Assembly: GCA_964016885.1 (NCBI GenBank)
Contig: CAXHJY010001738.1
Location: 62,001 to 126,000 of the forward strand
Source: Eledone cirrhosa
Taxonomy: Eukaryota
DNA length: 64,000 nt
Direction: 5' to 3'
Position numbers and translations under genes: made by a program. Of this stretch, positions 9,268 through 23,083 are shown piece by piece (the first letter of the stretch is position 1; every line of letters begins with the position of its first letter). The notes beneath the pieces are model-generated. The model searched no databases. It worked only from the letters and a program-made list of their open reading frames with translations, and had not been told where the DNA came from.

Positions 9268-11730
9268 TTAACTGTATACTTTGTGAAAAGTTCTATGGAA
9301 TTTATGAAGGCAGATGGAAAACAAATCCGAGCGTCTATTTATTATGGATTCTAGGTTAGAGATAATGGTAAATTTTTCATTTAGGCAGAGATTACAGATT
9401 TTAGATAGAGAACTGTTCAAGTACGAGGATGCAGAAGAAATCTTTTTCCAAAAGATGTTATATTTAATGTTTTTGTCTTTTAAGGACCATATGAGTTCTG
9501 AGAGAGCAGTGTTAGTTCTTTTAAGTTTGTATTTGAAAGATGAATGATGATTATAGAGACGAGCTTTAAAAGAGGTGGAAGTGGAGCCAAAATAGGTGAA
9601 GGAGTTGGTGCTAGTTATAATTTTACATTCATAAATTAAGTTTTTATCGAGGCAATGGTTGTTGAGAGGACATTTATTTTTAATGCGGCAGTTGCAATTA
9701 GAGAGATTATTAATGAGTGATCTAGTGTTATCTATAGAAGGAATTGGATTGGAGAAGTTGTTTGCGATAGGAATAATAGGAGTAATAGTTTCTTGATTTA
9801 GAGTTGGATTATGAACATTTAACGAAGTTGTGTTTGACGTTGTATTTGGGTTTACAGAAGTTAGCCTAGGGTTTACAATGACGTCAGGAGTGCTATTATT
9901 GTTATTATGAGATTCAATATTGGAAGGAAGAGATTTAGTATTTAATATTTTGTTGTTGTGTTTAGAAATGATGTTGGAAATATTGGAGGATGTAGAATAC
10001 GAAAATTTAATGGTGTGTTTGTTAAATATTTTACTATAGATATGTGAGGGAGGGAAGCATTTATTTAAGGCACTAAAAAATAATTTAGGAATATTGTTAT
10101 TAATAGAGATGGAGAAAGGAGCATTATACCAGATTATGTTTTTGTATCTAGGTCTTTTATTAAAATTATTGGAATGGTTATGATTAAATATTCTACTGTA
10201 AGTTTTCCTAGAATTTGTTTCTTTATTATATTTGATTTTATCTGGATAGCCAGCTTTAGAAAGTGCGTTATTATAGTAATTGGCGTTAGCATCAAAGATG
10301 TTTTTATTAGAAGATATGTTAGATATTCTATTTCCAATATTATTAACTATAGCATTCTTGATATTGGTAGGATGGTTAGATTTAAAGTTAACATAATTAA
10401 GATTCTCATTGTTTTTATGGTAAGGGTAATATAGGCCAGTGTCAAGATTAAGAGATACATCCAAGAAATTAGCTAGTTTGGTACTATTATCAAATTCAAT
10501 TTTTAGGTTATGTTGGTTAAAGAGATTACGTATATTGTTCTTAATAATATTAAGTTTAACTATATTGCAATTTAGGATAGTAAAGAGTCCATCGTCACGA
10601 TAAATTCCACCGCGAAGTTGAGGAATTTTCCGACTCAAAGAGTTCAAAATGAAGATACCAATTAAATCAGTCAATTGGGATGAATCGGATGCTCCCATTG
10701 TGATGTCGAAGTTGTTAGAGGTATCGGCTCTGGTCCAATATTCGTTGTTGAACTCTAGGATGGTTTTACGTGCGGTGAGGATGATGTGAAGTTCATCTGT
10801 GGTGATGTCAGAATATTTAAGTGCGAAAGATAGAGCATTATTGAGAAGTGAAGGCGAAATGGAGGAATAGTAGCTGGCAATATCGAATTGAATAAATTTT
10901 AGTTTGTTTTTATTATCCAATTTGTTGAACCAGCCAATCACTTCAGAAGTACCAAACCATAAATTTAGGTTTAAAGAAGAGCAATTAGAACTAACCTGTG
11001 GGATAATCCTATCCAAGATGGCTTTACTAACAACCCCCAGATCAGATTTAGAGGGGGCGATTAATCTAACAGGTAGTTCAGTGCGAAAATTGTTTTTGTG
11101 ATCCTTGAGATTTATCCTCGGAGTTCTTGGGAGGAATGGTTCGGTCTTTTTTTCAATGCCAAGTTTTGACATAATCTCATAGGCTTCAAGGTTTATGCAT
11201 TCTAAATTTTCATGGTTGGTTTTACGATACTTTTTCCTAAGTTCCTTTAGGATAAGGTTGTTATAATTATCCTTGGAAATACCATATAGGTTATTGGTTT
11301 TGTCAGAGTGGACTAAAACATTTTTTGAGGAATTTAGGTTAGAGATTGTGTTCTTGAGATTTACAAGGTGCTCTTGTCCTTTGTAAGGGTATCTCTTGAA
11401 TTTAAGATTTTTTATAATTTTAGTTAATTCTTCCTCGAATTGTGCTAGATTTTTGTTGGAAGGAGGATTTCGTCTGGAATTAAAAAGATGATCGAGGAAG
11501 TTGTGTTCTTTGGTATGAAAGTTCCCTTTTAGGCGCTGGTCATAGAAATAGGCTGTCCATCTAAGTCTTCTTACGAAGGAGTCAGTTTTTTCAATAAGAA
11601 GTTTGGTGAATTCAGATTTACCAGGTATAGGAATGTCTTTAGTAGAATTGGTTATGTTGTAATAATCCATGTTGTAGAAGAAGAGGTGAAGGACCATCAA
11701 AAGGTATCCAATATGAGAGTAAGCGCTCAA
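9268..11730 (-). CDS. PLE polyprotein: reverse transcriptase + C-terminal GIY-YIG endonuclease (intact; true start may be the downstream ATG of MDYYN)
   Basis: SDKT, QFDIASYY, TMGASDS, GIYRDDG, NFLDV, SNHP; LIYECKI..TYFGST..FKARLYNH; CNLCLNEK. Confidence 0.93.
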   Translation of the reverse strand: MSAYSHIGYLLMVLHLFFYNMDYYNITNSTKDIPIPGKSEFTKLLIEKTDSFVRRLRWTAYFYDQRLKGNFHTKEHNFLDHLFNSRRNPPSNKNLAQFEEELTKIIKNLKFKRYPYKGQEHLVNLKNTISNLNSSKNVLVHSDKTNNLYGISKDNYNNLILKELRKKYRKTNHENLECINLEAYEIMSKLGIEKKTEPFLPRTPRINLKDHKNNFRTELPVRLIAPSKSDLGVVSKAILDRIIPQVSSNCSSLNLNLWFGTSEVIGWFNKLDNKNKLKFIQFDIASYYSSISPSLLNNALSFALKYSDITTDELHIILTARKTILEFNNEYWTRADTSNNFDITMGASDSSQLTDLIGIFILNSLSRKIPQLRGGIYRDDGLFTILNCNIVKLNIIKNNIRNLFNQHNLKIEFDNSTKLANFLDVSLNLDTGLYYPYHKNNENLNYVNFKSNHPTNIKNAIVNNIGNRISNISSNKNIFDANANYYNNALSKAGYPDKIKYNKETNSRKTYSRIFNHNHSNNFNKRPRYKNIIWYNAPFSISINNNIPKLFFSALNKCFPPSHIYSKIFNKHTIKFSYSTSSNISNIISKHNNKILNTKSLPSNIESHNNNNSTPDVIVNPRLTSVNPNTTSNTTSLNVHNPTLNQETITPIIPIANNFSNPIPSIDNTRSLINNLSNCNCRIKNKCPLNNHCLDKNLIYECKIITSTNSFTYFGSTSTSFKARLYNHHSSFKYKLKRTNTALSELIWSLKDKNIKYNIFWKKISSASSYLNSSLSKICNLCLNEKFTIISNLESIINRRSDLFSICLHKFHRTFHKVYS

Positions 11731-11876
11731 CCGTTAAGGAGCAAGTAAATGTAGGAGGTGAGTTTTATTGTAGTACAATAAAGCAATGCAGATATCGGAT
11801 AAGAAGCACTCTACAGTTTGTGGGACTGGAGTATGCATAATATAAGATCAAAAGATGGTTAAAGGAGTTCAATATA

Positions 11877-11943
11877 TTTTATTATGCGCATTTCAAAAAC
11901 AAACATCATCAAACAATAATATTTGTGTTTTCATCAGATAAAA
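11877..11943 (-). ncRNA. Type I hammerhead ribozyme at the junction between PLE units
   Basis: Identical to 7982-8048; lies ~150 nt upstream of the left ORF. Confidence 0.85.
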
Positions 11944-13162
11944 CAGGAGAACATGATATGAAGGCTAAAAAAACACTTGTTGATAGTGCGGTTTTAAATC
12001 AACATATGAAAAGTGGTTTTAGATTGATGTGTGATATTGGGAAAAATATTTTATTTAGAGAGGGGGGGAGAGAAAAGGATGAAAAGGGAAGGAGATGAGA
12101 GGGAGAGATGGGTGATAGAGAGAAAGAGATAGTTTTTATAACAGAGAGGAGATATATATTATATAGAGGGGTTGAAAACCGTTGGAAGATACTGTATAAA
12201 TTAAAAATTTTGAAAATTAACGAAGGGAGGATATGTGCGAGGAAAAAATATATTATATTTAGGGAGGGGTGGGGGTGGAAAGGATGAAAAAAAGGGGAGG
12301 AGATGAGAGTGAAGGTGGAAAGGGAGAGATGGGTGATAGAGAGAAAGAGATAGTTTTTATAACTGAGAAAAAGATATAATGTTTTAATATAGAGAGGTTG
12401 GGAACCGTTGGAAGATAATGTATAAATTAAAGGAATTTGAAAATTAACGAAGGGAAAATATGTATGGAGATAGAGAGAAAAAAATAACGAAGGGAGATTA
12501 TGTATGGAGATAGAGAGAAAAAAATAATAATTGTGGGTGAATATTCAAAAGGAGAAATGTAGGAATCTTAAAATTAGCAAAGAGAAAATGTTTATGTATA
12601 GGATTTGAGAAAAATTTATATTGAATTCATATGTATTAATAATGAGTTTGTTGATGGGGAGAAAAAAATAATAATAATGATAAATTAAGGATGAAATTGA
12701 GATTAAAAAGATTTATGATAGAGAGAAAAAATAATAATGATTGCGGATGAATACTCAAAATGTCAAAAACAAATGTTATTGTTTTACGAAGAGATATAAT
12801 GAGGGTGATGAGTAAACGGGTATTATAGAGTGTATAATGCCCTTTAAAGTAAGGTAGATGGGTATATTTTAAAGAATATATGAGTATATATTAAAAAAAT
12901 ATATATAATAATAAATTAAGGATGAAATTGAGATTAAAAAGATTTATGATAGAGGGAAAAAAATAATAATGATTGCGGATGAATATTCAAAATGTCAAAA
13001 ACAAATGTTATTGTTTTACGAGAAGATAGGATGAGGTAAATGAATAAACGAGTACTATAGAGTGTATAATGCCCTTTAAAGTAAGGTAGATGGGTATATT
13101 TTAAAGAGGTGTATGTATATGTGCCTTTGAGAAAAGATTCTAAATTGATAAAGAATTGAATA

Positions 13163-15625
13163 TTAACTGTATACTTTGTGAAAAGTTCTATGGAATTTAT
13201 GAAGGCAGATGGAAAACAAATCCGAGCGTCTATTTATTATGGATTCTAGGTTAGAGATAATGGTAAATTTTTCATTTAGGCAGAGATTACAGATTTTAGA
13301 TAGAGAACTGTTCAAGTACGAGGATGCAGAAGAAATCTTTTTCCAAAAGATGTTATATTTAATGTTTTTGTCTTTTAAGGACCATATGAGTTCTGAGAGA
13401 GCAGTGTTAGTTCTTTTAAGTTTGTATTTGAAAGATGAATGATGATTATAGAGACGAGCTTTAAAAGAGGTGGAAGTGGAGCCAAAATAGGTGAAGGAGT
13501 TGGTGCTAGTTATAATTTTACATTCATAAATTAAGTTTTTATCGAGGCAATGGTTGTTGAGAGGACATTTATTTTTAATGCGGCAGTTGCAATTAGAGAG
13601 ATTATTAATGAGTGATCTAGTGTTATCTATAGAAGGAATTGGATTGGAGAAGTTGTTTGCGATAGGAATAATAGGAGTAATAGTTTCTTGATTTAGAGTT
13701 GGATTATGAACATTTAACGAAGTTGTGTTTGACGTTGTATTTGGGTTTACAGAAGTTAGCCTAGGGTTTACAATGACGTCAGGAGTGCTATTATTGTTAT
13801 TATGAGATTCAATATTGGAAGGAAGAGATTTAGTATTTAATATTTTGTTGTTGTGTTTAGAAATGATGTTGGAAATATTGGAGGATGTAGAATACGAAAA
13901 TTTAATGGTGTGTTTGTTAAATATTTTACTATAGATATGTGAGGGAGGGAAGCATTTATTTAAGGCACTAAAAAATAATTTAGGAATATTGTTATTAATA
14001 GAGATGGAGAAAGGAGCATTATACCAGATTATGTTTTTGTATCTAGGTCTTTTATTAAAATTATTGGAATGGTTATGATTAAATATTCTACTGTAAGTTT
14101 TCCTAGAATTTGTTTCTTTATTATATTTGATTTTATCTGGATAGCCAGCTTTAGAAAGTGCGTTATTATAGTAATTGGCGTTAGCATCAAAGATGTTTTT
14201 ATTAGAAGATATGTTAGATATTCTATTTCCAATATTATTAACTATAGCATTCTTGATATTGGTAGGATGGTTAGATTTAAAGTTAACATAATTAAGATTC
14301 TCATTGTTTTTATGGTAAGGGTAATATAGGCCAGTGTCAAGATTAAGAGATACATCCAAGAAATTAGCTAGTTTGGTACTATTATCAAATTCAATTTTTA
14401 GGTTATGTTGGTTAAAGAGATTACGTATATTGTTCTTAATAATATTAAGTTTAACTATATTGCAATTTAGGATAGTAAAGAGTCCATCGTCACGATAAAT
14501 TCCACCGCGAAGTTGAGGAATTTTCCGACTCAAAGAGTTCAAAATGAAGATACCAATTAAATCAGTCAATTGGGATGAATCGGATGCTCCCATTGTGATG
14601 TCGAAGTTGTTAGAGGTATCGGCTCTGGTCCAATATTCGTTGTTGAACTCTAGGATGGTTTTACGTGCGGTGAGGATGATGTGAAGTTCATCTGTGGTGA
14701 TGTCAGAATATTTAAGTGCGAAAGATAGAGCATTATTGAGAAGTGAAGGCGAAATGGAGGAATAGTAGCTGGCAATATCGAATTGAATAAATTTTAGTTT
14801 GTTTTTATTATCCAATTTGTTGAACCAGCCAATCACTTCAGAAGTACCAAACCATAAATTTAGGTTTAAAGAAGAGCAATTAGAACTAACCTGTGGGATA
14901 ATCCTATCCAAGATGGCTTTACTAACAACCCCCAGATCAGATTTAGAGGGGGCGATTAATCTAACAGGTAGTTCAGTGCGAAAATTGTTTTTGTGATCCT
15001 TGAGATTTATCCTCGGAGTTCTTGGGAGGAATGGTTCGGTCTTTTTTTCAATGCCAAGTTTTGACATAATCTCATAGGCTTCAAGGTTTATGCATTCTAA
15101 ATTTTCATGGTTGGTTTTACGATACTTTTTCCTAAGTTCCTTTAGGATAAGGTTGTTATAATTATCCTTGGAAATACCATATAGGTTATTGGTTTTGTCA
15201 GAGTGGACTAAAACATTTTTTGAGGAATTTAGGTTAGAGATTGTGTTCTTGAGATTTACAAGGTGCTCTTGTCCTTTGTAAGGGTATCTCTTGAATTTAA
15301 GATTTTTTATAATTTTAGTTAATTCTTCCTCGAATTGTGCTAGATTTTTGTTGGAAGGAGGATTTCGTCTGGAATTAAAAAGATGATCGAGGAAGTTGTG
15401 TTCTTTGGTATGAAAGTTCCCTTTTAGGCGCTGGTCATAGAAATAGGCTGTCCATCTAAGTCTTCTTACGAAGGAGTCAGTTTTTTCAATAAGAAGTTTG
15501 GTGAATTCAGATTTACCAGGTATAGGAATGTCTTTAGTAGAATTGGTTATGTTGTAATAATCCATGTTGTAGAAGAAGAGGTGAAGGACCATCAAAAGGT
15601 ATCCAATATGAGAGTAAGCGCTCAA
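13163..15625 (-). CDS. PLE polyprotein RT + GIY-YIG, second identical copy
   Basis: Translation identical to 9268-11730. Confidence 0.93.
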   Translation of the reverse strand: MSAYSHIGYLLMVLHLFFYNMDYYNITNSTKDIPIPGKSEFTKLLIEKTDSFVRRLRWTAYFYDQRLKGNFHTKEHNFLDHLFNSRRNPPSNKNLAQFEEELTKIIKNLKFKRYPYKGQEHLVNLKNTISNLNSSKNVLVHSDKTNNLYGISKDNYNNLILKELRKKYRKTNHENLECINLEAYEIMSKLGIEKKTEPFLPRTPRINLKDHKNNFRTELPVRLIAPSKSDLGVVSKAILDRIIPQVSSNCSSLNLNLWFGTSEVIGWFNKLDNKNKLKFIQFDIASYYSSISPSLLNNALSFALKYSDITTDELHIILTARKTILEFNNEYWTRADTSNNFDITMGASDSSQLTDLIGIFILNSLSRKIPQLRGGIYRDDGLFTILNCNIVKLNIIKNNIRNLFNQHNLKIEFDNSTKLANFLDVSLNLDTGLYYPYHKNNENLNYVNFKSNHPTNIKNAIVNNIGNRISNISSNKNIFDANANYYNNALSKAGYPDKIKYNKETNSRKTYSRIFNHNHSNNFNKRPRYKNIIWYNAPFSISINNNIPKLFFSALNKCFPPSHIYSKIFNKHTIKFSYSTSSNISNIISKHNNKILNTKSLPSNIESHNNNNSTPDVIVNPRLTSVNPNTTSNTTSLNVHNPTLNQETITPIIPIANNFSNPIPSIDNTRSLINNLSNCNCRIKNKCPLNNHCLDKNLIYECKIITSTNSFTYFGSTSTSFKARLYNHHSSFKYKLKRTNTALSELIWSLKDKNIKYNIFWKKISSASSYLNSSLSKICNLCLNEKFTIISNLESIINRRSDLFSICLHKFHRTFHKVYS

Positions 15626-15805
15626 CCGTTAAGGAGCAAGTAAATGTAGGAGGTGAGTTTTATTGTAGTACAATAAAGCAATGCAGATATCCTTTAACCA
15701 TCTTTTGATCTTATATTATGCATACTCCAGTCCCACAAACTGTAGAGTGCTTCTTATCCGATATCTGCATTGCTTTATTGTACTACAATAAAACTCACCT
15801 CCTAC

Positions 15806-15897
<92 letters not shown>

Positions 15898-15902
<5 letters not shown>

Positions 15903-16006
15903 CGTATGGCATAAATTCGGGCTGTTCAGTTTGTCGACAAACGAACAAAGCGGCCTTATAATAAGCGTCCGCTAAACTGATGCGTGCATATATGTATGTG
16001 TACCTG

Positions 16007-16066
<60 letters not shown>

Positions 16067-16119
16067 TGTTACTCTACGTCTGTATACATATATGTATGTA
16101 CGTATACATACATACTTAC

Positions 16120-16168
<49 letters not shown>

Positions 16169-16372
16169 GGACTGTTTGTTTACAAACAAACTGAACATAA
16201 TAATAAATGTTCGGTAAACCCATATGTACATATATATATATGTGTACATGTATGTATGTATATACATACTACTGTACGTCTGTATACATATATGTATGTA
16301 CGTATACATACTTATATTTAAATATCAGCCGTACTAAGAGTGAGAAATGAAATTTGAATTTCATTTTTTTCT
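15898..16372 (+). mobile_element. Inverted fragments of family E
   Basis: 15901-16012 is the reverse complement of ~7472-7580; 16255-16370 matches the family E end. Confidence 0.7.
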
Positions 16373-16722
16373 ATATATATATATATATTCCTCTTTCCTT
16401 TTTTCTCTTTCTTCCTCTCTCTTCACTATCTTTTCTTTCCCTCAGGGCCTTTTGATTGATAAAAGGCCTTGGGCGCGCTGCTGATCAATTTCGATGTCCT
16501 GTTTGAAGCGCTGAAACATCTATGATCTGCAGTTAACAGCTGATGAATGGTTTCTTCTCTTGTTACGTCCATATTACGATCTTTGTTTAGTGTAACTACA
16601 CAGCCTGCTTCGTTTCTTATATATATATATATATGAAAGACGTAAAATAAGAAAATTATAAAAATTAACTTACTTACTAAAATTTCACTCCAACTAATTC
16701 TTTATATATATTTATATATATG

Positions 16723-16785
<63 letters not shown>

Positions 16786-18001
16786 GTGTGTACTAGGTAT
16801 GAATCGAAGTTGTAGCTGCCATATAGCAGATACTAATCGAGTTATTTGAAGCAACCACGAAGTACTCAATGGAGTGATTATGTTAATACATTACCGTCTA
16901 GCACCTAGGTTCTCAACCTTTTTTGTTCCATGCCTCCTCAAGACGTCCGGATTTTTCAAATGCCTCCCCCCACACACACACACACTATATTACTGATATT
17001 TATATAAGTAGACACACACATCTAAATAAAGACAACATGACAACGGATGTTACAAATGAATACAAAAAAGATTTTTTGGTAAATGTACAGAAAATAAGTT
17101 AAACACTGCATAATTGTGGTAAATAGATTGTAATTGGGATCTAAATGCTGTTTTTTGAAAACTTTTAAAGACTTATATACACTTCCCTAAGTAACCGGTT
17201 AAAAGACTGGTATGGAGTAGTAAAGTATGTAATACAGGCAAAGGCACTTTGTACAGGATATGCACTGGCTTTTATATAGTTGAAGAGAACATCGAAACGT
17301 ATCAATTGAACAGTAAAATTAAAATGACAAACGAGTACAGTGGTCATCAAACTTAATGTGATGGTTGACTTTGATGTCTGGATGCAAGCTTCGCTATATC
17401 AAGATTTAGTTTTTAACCGCTTACGCAAACTCCGCAGTTTTCAATTTCAAGGCGGTTTCTCTTTCTTGTTAAGAGATCGTTGGCTCCGCTGAAACCACTC
17501 TATACAATAAGGGCTTTATTCACATTGCTGACAATTGTTTCTTTGATCTGGTAGGTCTAGAGTTCGCTACTCCCTTGATGTTGCGTCAATCGATCTCCAA
17601 TACTTTGTTTATAACCAGTCGTTTTCATCAAGGCATGGCTTTTATAGAGAAGTGGTATTAAACCAGAACAATAATATCAATAATAAAATAACTAGATACT
17701 GAATAGTTAAAATAATAACATCAATATAAGTAAGAAATAGAGTATAATGATGAATCTAGCATATTAAACGAACTGATATGATACAGATGTATGAAATTGA
17801 CATGTGAAAACTGCTATAGGGTACATTAGATGTAGTGTTAAGGTGGTGAAGAGATAACTGATAAAATGTACTTGGAGTCAGGATTTAGGAGGTATATGCG
17901 TGTGCTGTAGGTCACTCGATCTCCAATACATTATTTACCTCTGATCAAATCCTCGGAATACCTGAAAATGTATGAGATCCTTGGTACAGTTAGGTATATT
18001 T

Positions 18002-18320
18002 AAAAAAAAGAAAAGAATGACTTCACTTGTAGTTCTGAATAATTTGATTTAATTTTATAATATTATAATATTATGAGTTGGTAGATCTAGTAAGTTCTTT
18101 GTTAACTTCGGTGGGAAGAATTTTAAAGATTCCTGGTTAACGTTCTTGGAGAACTTTCTCGCATTCGTCGGTGGCGATTGTCAAACTGAGATCTTTAAAA
18201 TTCTTCCCACCGAATTTAACAAAGAACTTACTAGATCTACCAACTCATAATATTATAATACTATAAAATTAAATCAAATTATTTAGAACTACAAGTGAAG
18301 TCATTCTTTTCCTTTTTTTT
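18002..18320. repeat. Fold-back (inverted arms 18002-18130 / 18191-18320)
   Basis: ~130-bp arms with few mismatches and a 60-bp spacer. Confidence 0.9.
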
Positions 18321-18335
18321 CAAATATATATATAT

Positions 18336-19000
18336 AAATATAAGTATGTATACGTATATACATATATGTATACAGACGTACAGTAGTATGTATATACATA
18401 CATACATGCACACATATATATATGTACGTATGGGTTTACCGAACATTTATTATAATGCTCGGTTTGCATGTAAACAAACATCCCGTATTAAGCCGTACAG
18501 TGTTCGGCAACCATCGTTGCCCTTTTGTTCAACACTGACTAAGGGACGATGTACTAGTTTCTAGCTTATTAGCTGTCATCAGCATCGTATACCTTCTTGT
18601 CCGTCGATTGAACGTTTGAAACTATATACTTTCCTTATGCATATTAACGGCTGAGCAGCCTAATTTGCATATCGAGTGAGTTAGTCGCCCGGGTGTACTG
18701 AAAACGATAAATGGAAAAAATGAAATTTCATTTCTCACTCTTACTACGGCTGATACTTAAATATAAGTATGTATACGTACATACATATATGTATACAGAC
18801 GTACAGTAATATGTATATATATATATACATGTATACAGACGTACAGTAGTATGTATATACATGCATATATTTATACAGACGTACAGTAGTATGTATATAT
18901 ATATACATATATATATATATATGTACGTATGGCTTGCCGAATATGCTTAAGGAAAATATATACTTTCAAACGTTCAATTGACTGACAGGAAGGTATATAT
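18336..19000 (-). mobile_element. Family E repeat, ~1.2 units (period 423) plus inverted piece
   Basis: taagtatgtatacgta at 18341 and 18764; internal hammerhead. Confidence 0.8.
18546..18588 (-). ncRNA. Minimal type I hammerhead ribozyme (family E)
   Basis: ACGAUG-CUGAUGA-CAGCUAAUAAGCUA-GAAA-CUAG-UA^CAUCGU. Confidence 0.8.
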
Positions 19001-19021
19001 ATATGTGTGTGTATATTAGAT

Positions 19022-19158
19022 TCGTCCGCAGGGGGACTTGAACCCACGATCCTCAGATGACTTCTCAATGATGTCATTAGTCGGTAGAGCATCATACTTT
19101 TAATGACATCATTGAGAAGTCATCTCAGGGTCATGGGTTCAAGTCCCCCTGCAGGCGA
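19022..19158 (+). pseudogene. 5'-truncated intron-containing tRNA-Lys(UUU)-like copy (19079-19158) with an inverted partial copy (19022-19078)
   Basis: AGTCGGTAGAGCATCAtACTTTTA-[atgacatcattgagaagtc]-ATCTcAGGGTC..GGGTTCAAGTCCC matches the eukaryotic tRNA-Lys(TTT) layout with a 19-nt insert after position 37. Confidence 0.7.
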
Positions 19159-19197
19159 AGCTAATATACATATATATATATACTGTATATATATATA

Positions 19198-19249
<52 letters not shown>

Positions 19250-19483
19250 GAAAAAGTCAAGAATAACAGGGTCAAAAGTACAAAAAAGGTTTTTATTTAC
19301 AGTCTTAACAATTGTTTCACTGATTATCTAAGTTAAACTTAGATAGGGATGCAAGAGAACTGAAACTCGCCATGTACGGAAACCTCTTGTTGACTCAAAC
19401 AACGCCGTACGCTAAAACTATCCACAATACGAAGTATTCACAACCTCTAACTGGATTACCTATAACGATATTTTGTTATCCCT

Positions 19484-19517
<34 letters not shown>

Positions 19518-19669
19518 TTGTTATGCTTTGGGAGGGTCATGTTGCCAATAAGAAACACACGCACCAGTTGCGTGTGTTTCTTATTGGCAACACGACCCTC
19601 CCAAAGCATAACAATATCGGTTTCAACACACGTTTTCAGATAAAGAATCTTACTAAACAAATTCAGAAA

Positions 19670-19721
<52 letters not shown>

Positions 19722-19755
19722 TTTCTGAATTTGTTTAGTAAGATTCTTTAATAAC

Positions 19756-19801
<46 letters not shown>

Positions 19802-19813
19802 TTAATATAGATG

Positions 19814-19864
19814 AGATTCTACAGGACTAGAACTGTTTCATTCATTAGAAATCATCAGGAATCT
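19814..19864 (-). ncRNA. Type I hammerhead ribozyme in a PLE 3' remnant
   Basis: AGAUUC-CUGAUGA-UUUCUAAUGAAU-GAAA-CAG..CUG-UA^GAAUCU; partial relatives near 26385 and 27495. Confidence 0.8.
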
Positions 19865-20299
19865 GGGTATCAAAAAATAAATATGGTATTTATAGGTCTC
19901 TACAAGTGGTAGGAGAGGGTGGGGAGTGGGATGGGTGCAGGTCATTGGTTGATAGAAAAGGGAATTCATTAAAAGCTAATTCTACAAAGCTATAGTTTAT
20001 TTTTATTTATTTATGTTTTTAGAGTAACAAGGGCAGACAGAATTCTATAAACAGGTTCCGGATGGCATACCATTCCTTGTCATTAAGTTTCTCTTAAGCT
20101 AACAGATGTCTATAAAATCAGTGGGGGGTCAGTCATGGTCGATAGAACTAAAGAAAAGGGAGATTCTTTAAAAGCTAAATCATTAAGGTTCTACTAAGTG
20201 ACAAAGGTCTAGAGAATTCTGGACAGATTCAAAATACTGAGTGCATATCTTACTATTATCTTCGAACTTCTCTTAAACTAATCAACTATATGCCAAAAA

Positions 20300-22710
<2,411 letters not shown>

Positions 22711-22835
22711 AACCAGTATATATAGGAACCCAGTATATATAGGAACCAGTATATATAGGAACCCACTCTACTACCTCAAGTATTGAGTACTTTGGTGCGT
22801 TATGGTCCACCTGGTTCCTTACCACATTTCCTTCG

Positions 22836-22882
<47 letters not shown>

Positions 22883-23028
22883 TTTTGAGTTTATGTTGGT
22901 TGTATACCAACACCTCAGTATGCAGGCTGGAGCACTCGACGAAGTGCGCAGGATGGTTTGGTTACTCCGGAGTAGTGTAAAATAAAGTTAAATAAAAGTC
23001 AAATGATTAAAATTTAGCTTCGTTTATT

Positions 23029-23083
23029 ACTGCTATATATATTTCAGTGACAGCCATCTTTGGCTGTGACCTCTTCAGGCAGT
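23029..23083 (-). ncRNA. Type I hammerhead ribozyme
   Basis: ACUGC-CUGAAGA-G(GUCACAGCCA/UGGCUGUCAC)U-GAAA-UAUAUA-UA^GCAGU. Confidence 0.85.

Larger units (their letters stand above)
7942..15810 (-). mobile_element. Penelope-like retrotransposon, head-to-tail dimer (unit 3895 bp) with inverted 5' segment (15691-15810), inserted in (TA)n; Hydra-clade-like
   Basis: Two identical ORFs 3895 bp apart; 15691-15810 is the reverse complement of ~11746-11865; (TA)n on both sides; DKT motif and CxC-x5-CPL / CxLC-x2-EK endonuclease. Confidence 0.93.

Noticed and set aside
9314-14996. Small ORFs overlapping the PLE ORFs
   Set aside because: Shadow frames of the RT-EN coding sequence
16905-17560. hAT-like terminus and transposase remnant; also isolated TIR-like ends near 27365 and 47617
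   Set aside because: Single ends without partner TIR or TSD; too degraded to call
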